Source: Asterias rubens
Taxonomy: Eukaryota
Length of the DNA: 64,000 nucleotides
Direction of reading: 5' to 3'
Assembly (NCBI RefSeq): GCF_902459465.1
Contig: NC_047062.1
Coordinates: 18,724,001 to 18,788,000, forward strand
The notes below the pieces were generated by a model, which worked only from the letters and a program-made list of their open reading frames with translations, searched no databases and was not told the origin of the DNA. This document shows, piece after piece, positions 62,680-64,000 of this stretch. The position numbers were made by a program, and so were the translations under genes. Positions within the stretch are counted from its first letter, which is position 1; the number at the start of each line of letters is the position of its first letter.

Positions 62680-63524
62680 CCTAAACCTCAATATGTATGT
62701 TTTTTTTCGAAGACAAAACTTTTGACAGATATCAATTCTATTTTGAGACATTGGGCCATTGCAAAACATAAGTGAAAGGCTGGTCAAGAGCTTTCTTTAG
62801 TTCTAAAAGAAACAGTTGCTCAACATTTTTTTATGAGCTCCTGGTAGTTGGCGGTGCAAAACTTTGTTAGGTGGGCGTGGTTAGGTGGGCGTGGTTTATG
62901 ATGAAATGGCACACTCGCCAGAAGGATAGACCAGGGCCCAATTTCATGGCTCTGCTTATCGCTGAAGTCTGCTCTCACGATTACGCTTCCCCGCTTATGT
63001 GCAAGCGTTGAATTTCTGCGCTAGCCTTTAAGCGTAGAGCCAGAGCCATGAAATTTGGCCTATGCTGTTAAGCCCCACCCACCATAGCAACTACCTAGCA
63101 ACACAGTACTCCCGTAGTATGGACACATAAACTGCCTCATGTTTCGGCGCTAGCAGAGATAATCTTTAATGCGAGGTTTAAGAATATTGGAGATTGCACC
63201 CTTGCTAGAAAACAGTAGTGTACCAGTACTTCAACAATAATTCACTGTTAAGACCTTGCAGGGCAATGTGTTCACTATAATTTTTTAAAGTAAGTGGGTC
63301 TTACATTTAGTTTGTTATTTTTAGGGCCGAGCTAAGCTTATTGGTATTTTGCTGTTTGTGGAATATAGAAAGATGAAGGTGTAGTTTTGTGTGTTCAGTA
63401 AAACACAGACACATTTCCCCTACTGTTTGGGCTTAGAGAAATATGTTTTTTAACTAATTTTTTATATGTGTACCTGTATTCTGGGGTTAAAAACCCACTT
63501 GAAGTTTAAACTTAGTATTAACAT

Positions 63525-63942
63525 TTAAAGGGAATGTATACCTTTAGTTCTTGGAACTGTCGCTTGGATTAATTATGGAGGTAAATCTGTTTCTACCTCC
63601 ATGGTTTAATCCAATATAAACGTAGATATACACAATACAACTAACATAGGTGAAAATTTCATTTTAAAGGGTGATCTTGTGTTTGGATATCGCCAAAAAT
63701 CAGGAGGAAGAGTAATCCGTAGTTGGAATACACAATCTGAAAAAATTTATCTGACAGTAATGTTTCTCAGATTTAACATTTTGGAGAATCAAAACTGATA
63801 CCTTTTTCCATAAACATTACTTAAAAAGTTTAATGATTGTCAAAATGCTTTACACTTTCAAAAGCTGCCTGTACTTCAAACCACGTAGGTTTATATATCA
63901 ATGGCTTTTAAGAGTGATAACCAAAGGTATACTTTGCTTTTA
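63525..63942. mobile_element. Degenerate Kolobok-like MITE that hosts a P-type footprint
   Basis: TTAAAGGGAATGTATACCTTTAG vs CCAAAGGTATACTTTGCTTTTA (degenerate TIRs). Confidence 0.55.
63567..63610. mobile_element. 30-bp hairpin with (C/T)ATGGAGGTA termini and a 7-bp direct repeat; putative P-type excision footprint
   Basis: GATTAAT|TATGGAGGTAAATCTGTTTCTACCTCCATG|GTTTAAT. Confidence 0.55.
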
Positions 63943-64000
63943 TTTTCATTCAATCCATGGAAATCCAATGAAAGGTTTTGCTTGAATTTGATGGATTCTG

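Overview
Eukaryotic, intron-rich, AT-rich genomic DNA from an invertebrate deuterostome, most likely a sea star (inferred from protein similarity and repeat families, not provable here). Six complete spliced genes were built exon by exon with consistent GT-AG phases: two tandem sphingosine-1-phosphate phosphatase paralogs (-), TFIIA large subunit GTF2A1 (-, 9 exons), COA4 (+, 2 exons), MED17 (-, 13 exons) and TADA2B (+, 16 exons). GTF2A1/COA4 and MED17/TADA2B are head-to-head pairs. Introns and intergenic DNA are dense with non-autonomous DNA transposons (TTAA Kolobok-like, CWG Harbinger-like, hAT-like, P-like), tRNA-derived SINE fragments and an L2 remnant. Most interesting: three tiny inserts with CATGGAGG termini between 7-bp direct repeats, one exactly 17+17 bp, which look like P-element excision footprints. 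Also notable: a foldback-like 3-kb inverted repeat with a variable minisatellite, a triplicated splice donor in MED17, a 300-bp palindrome behind TADA2B, and an apparent gene-conversion tract between two inverted MITEs. No rRNA, true tRNA, CRISPR or intact transposase was found. Comparisons to human/fly proteins are from memory, not from a search.
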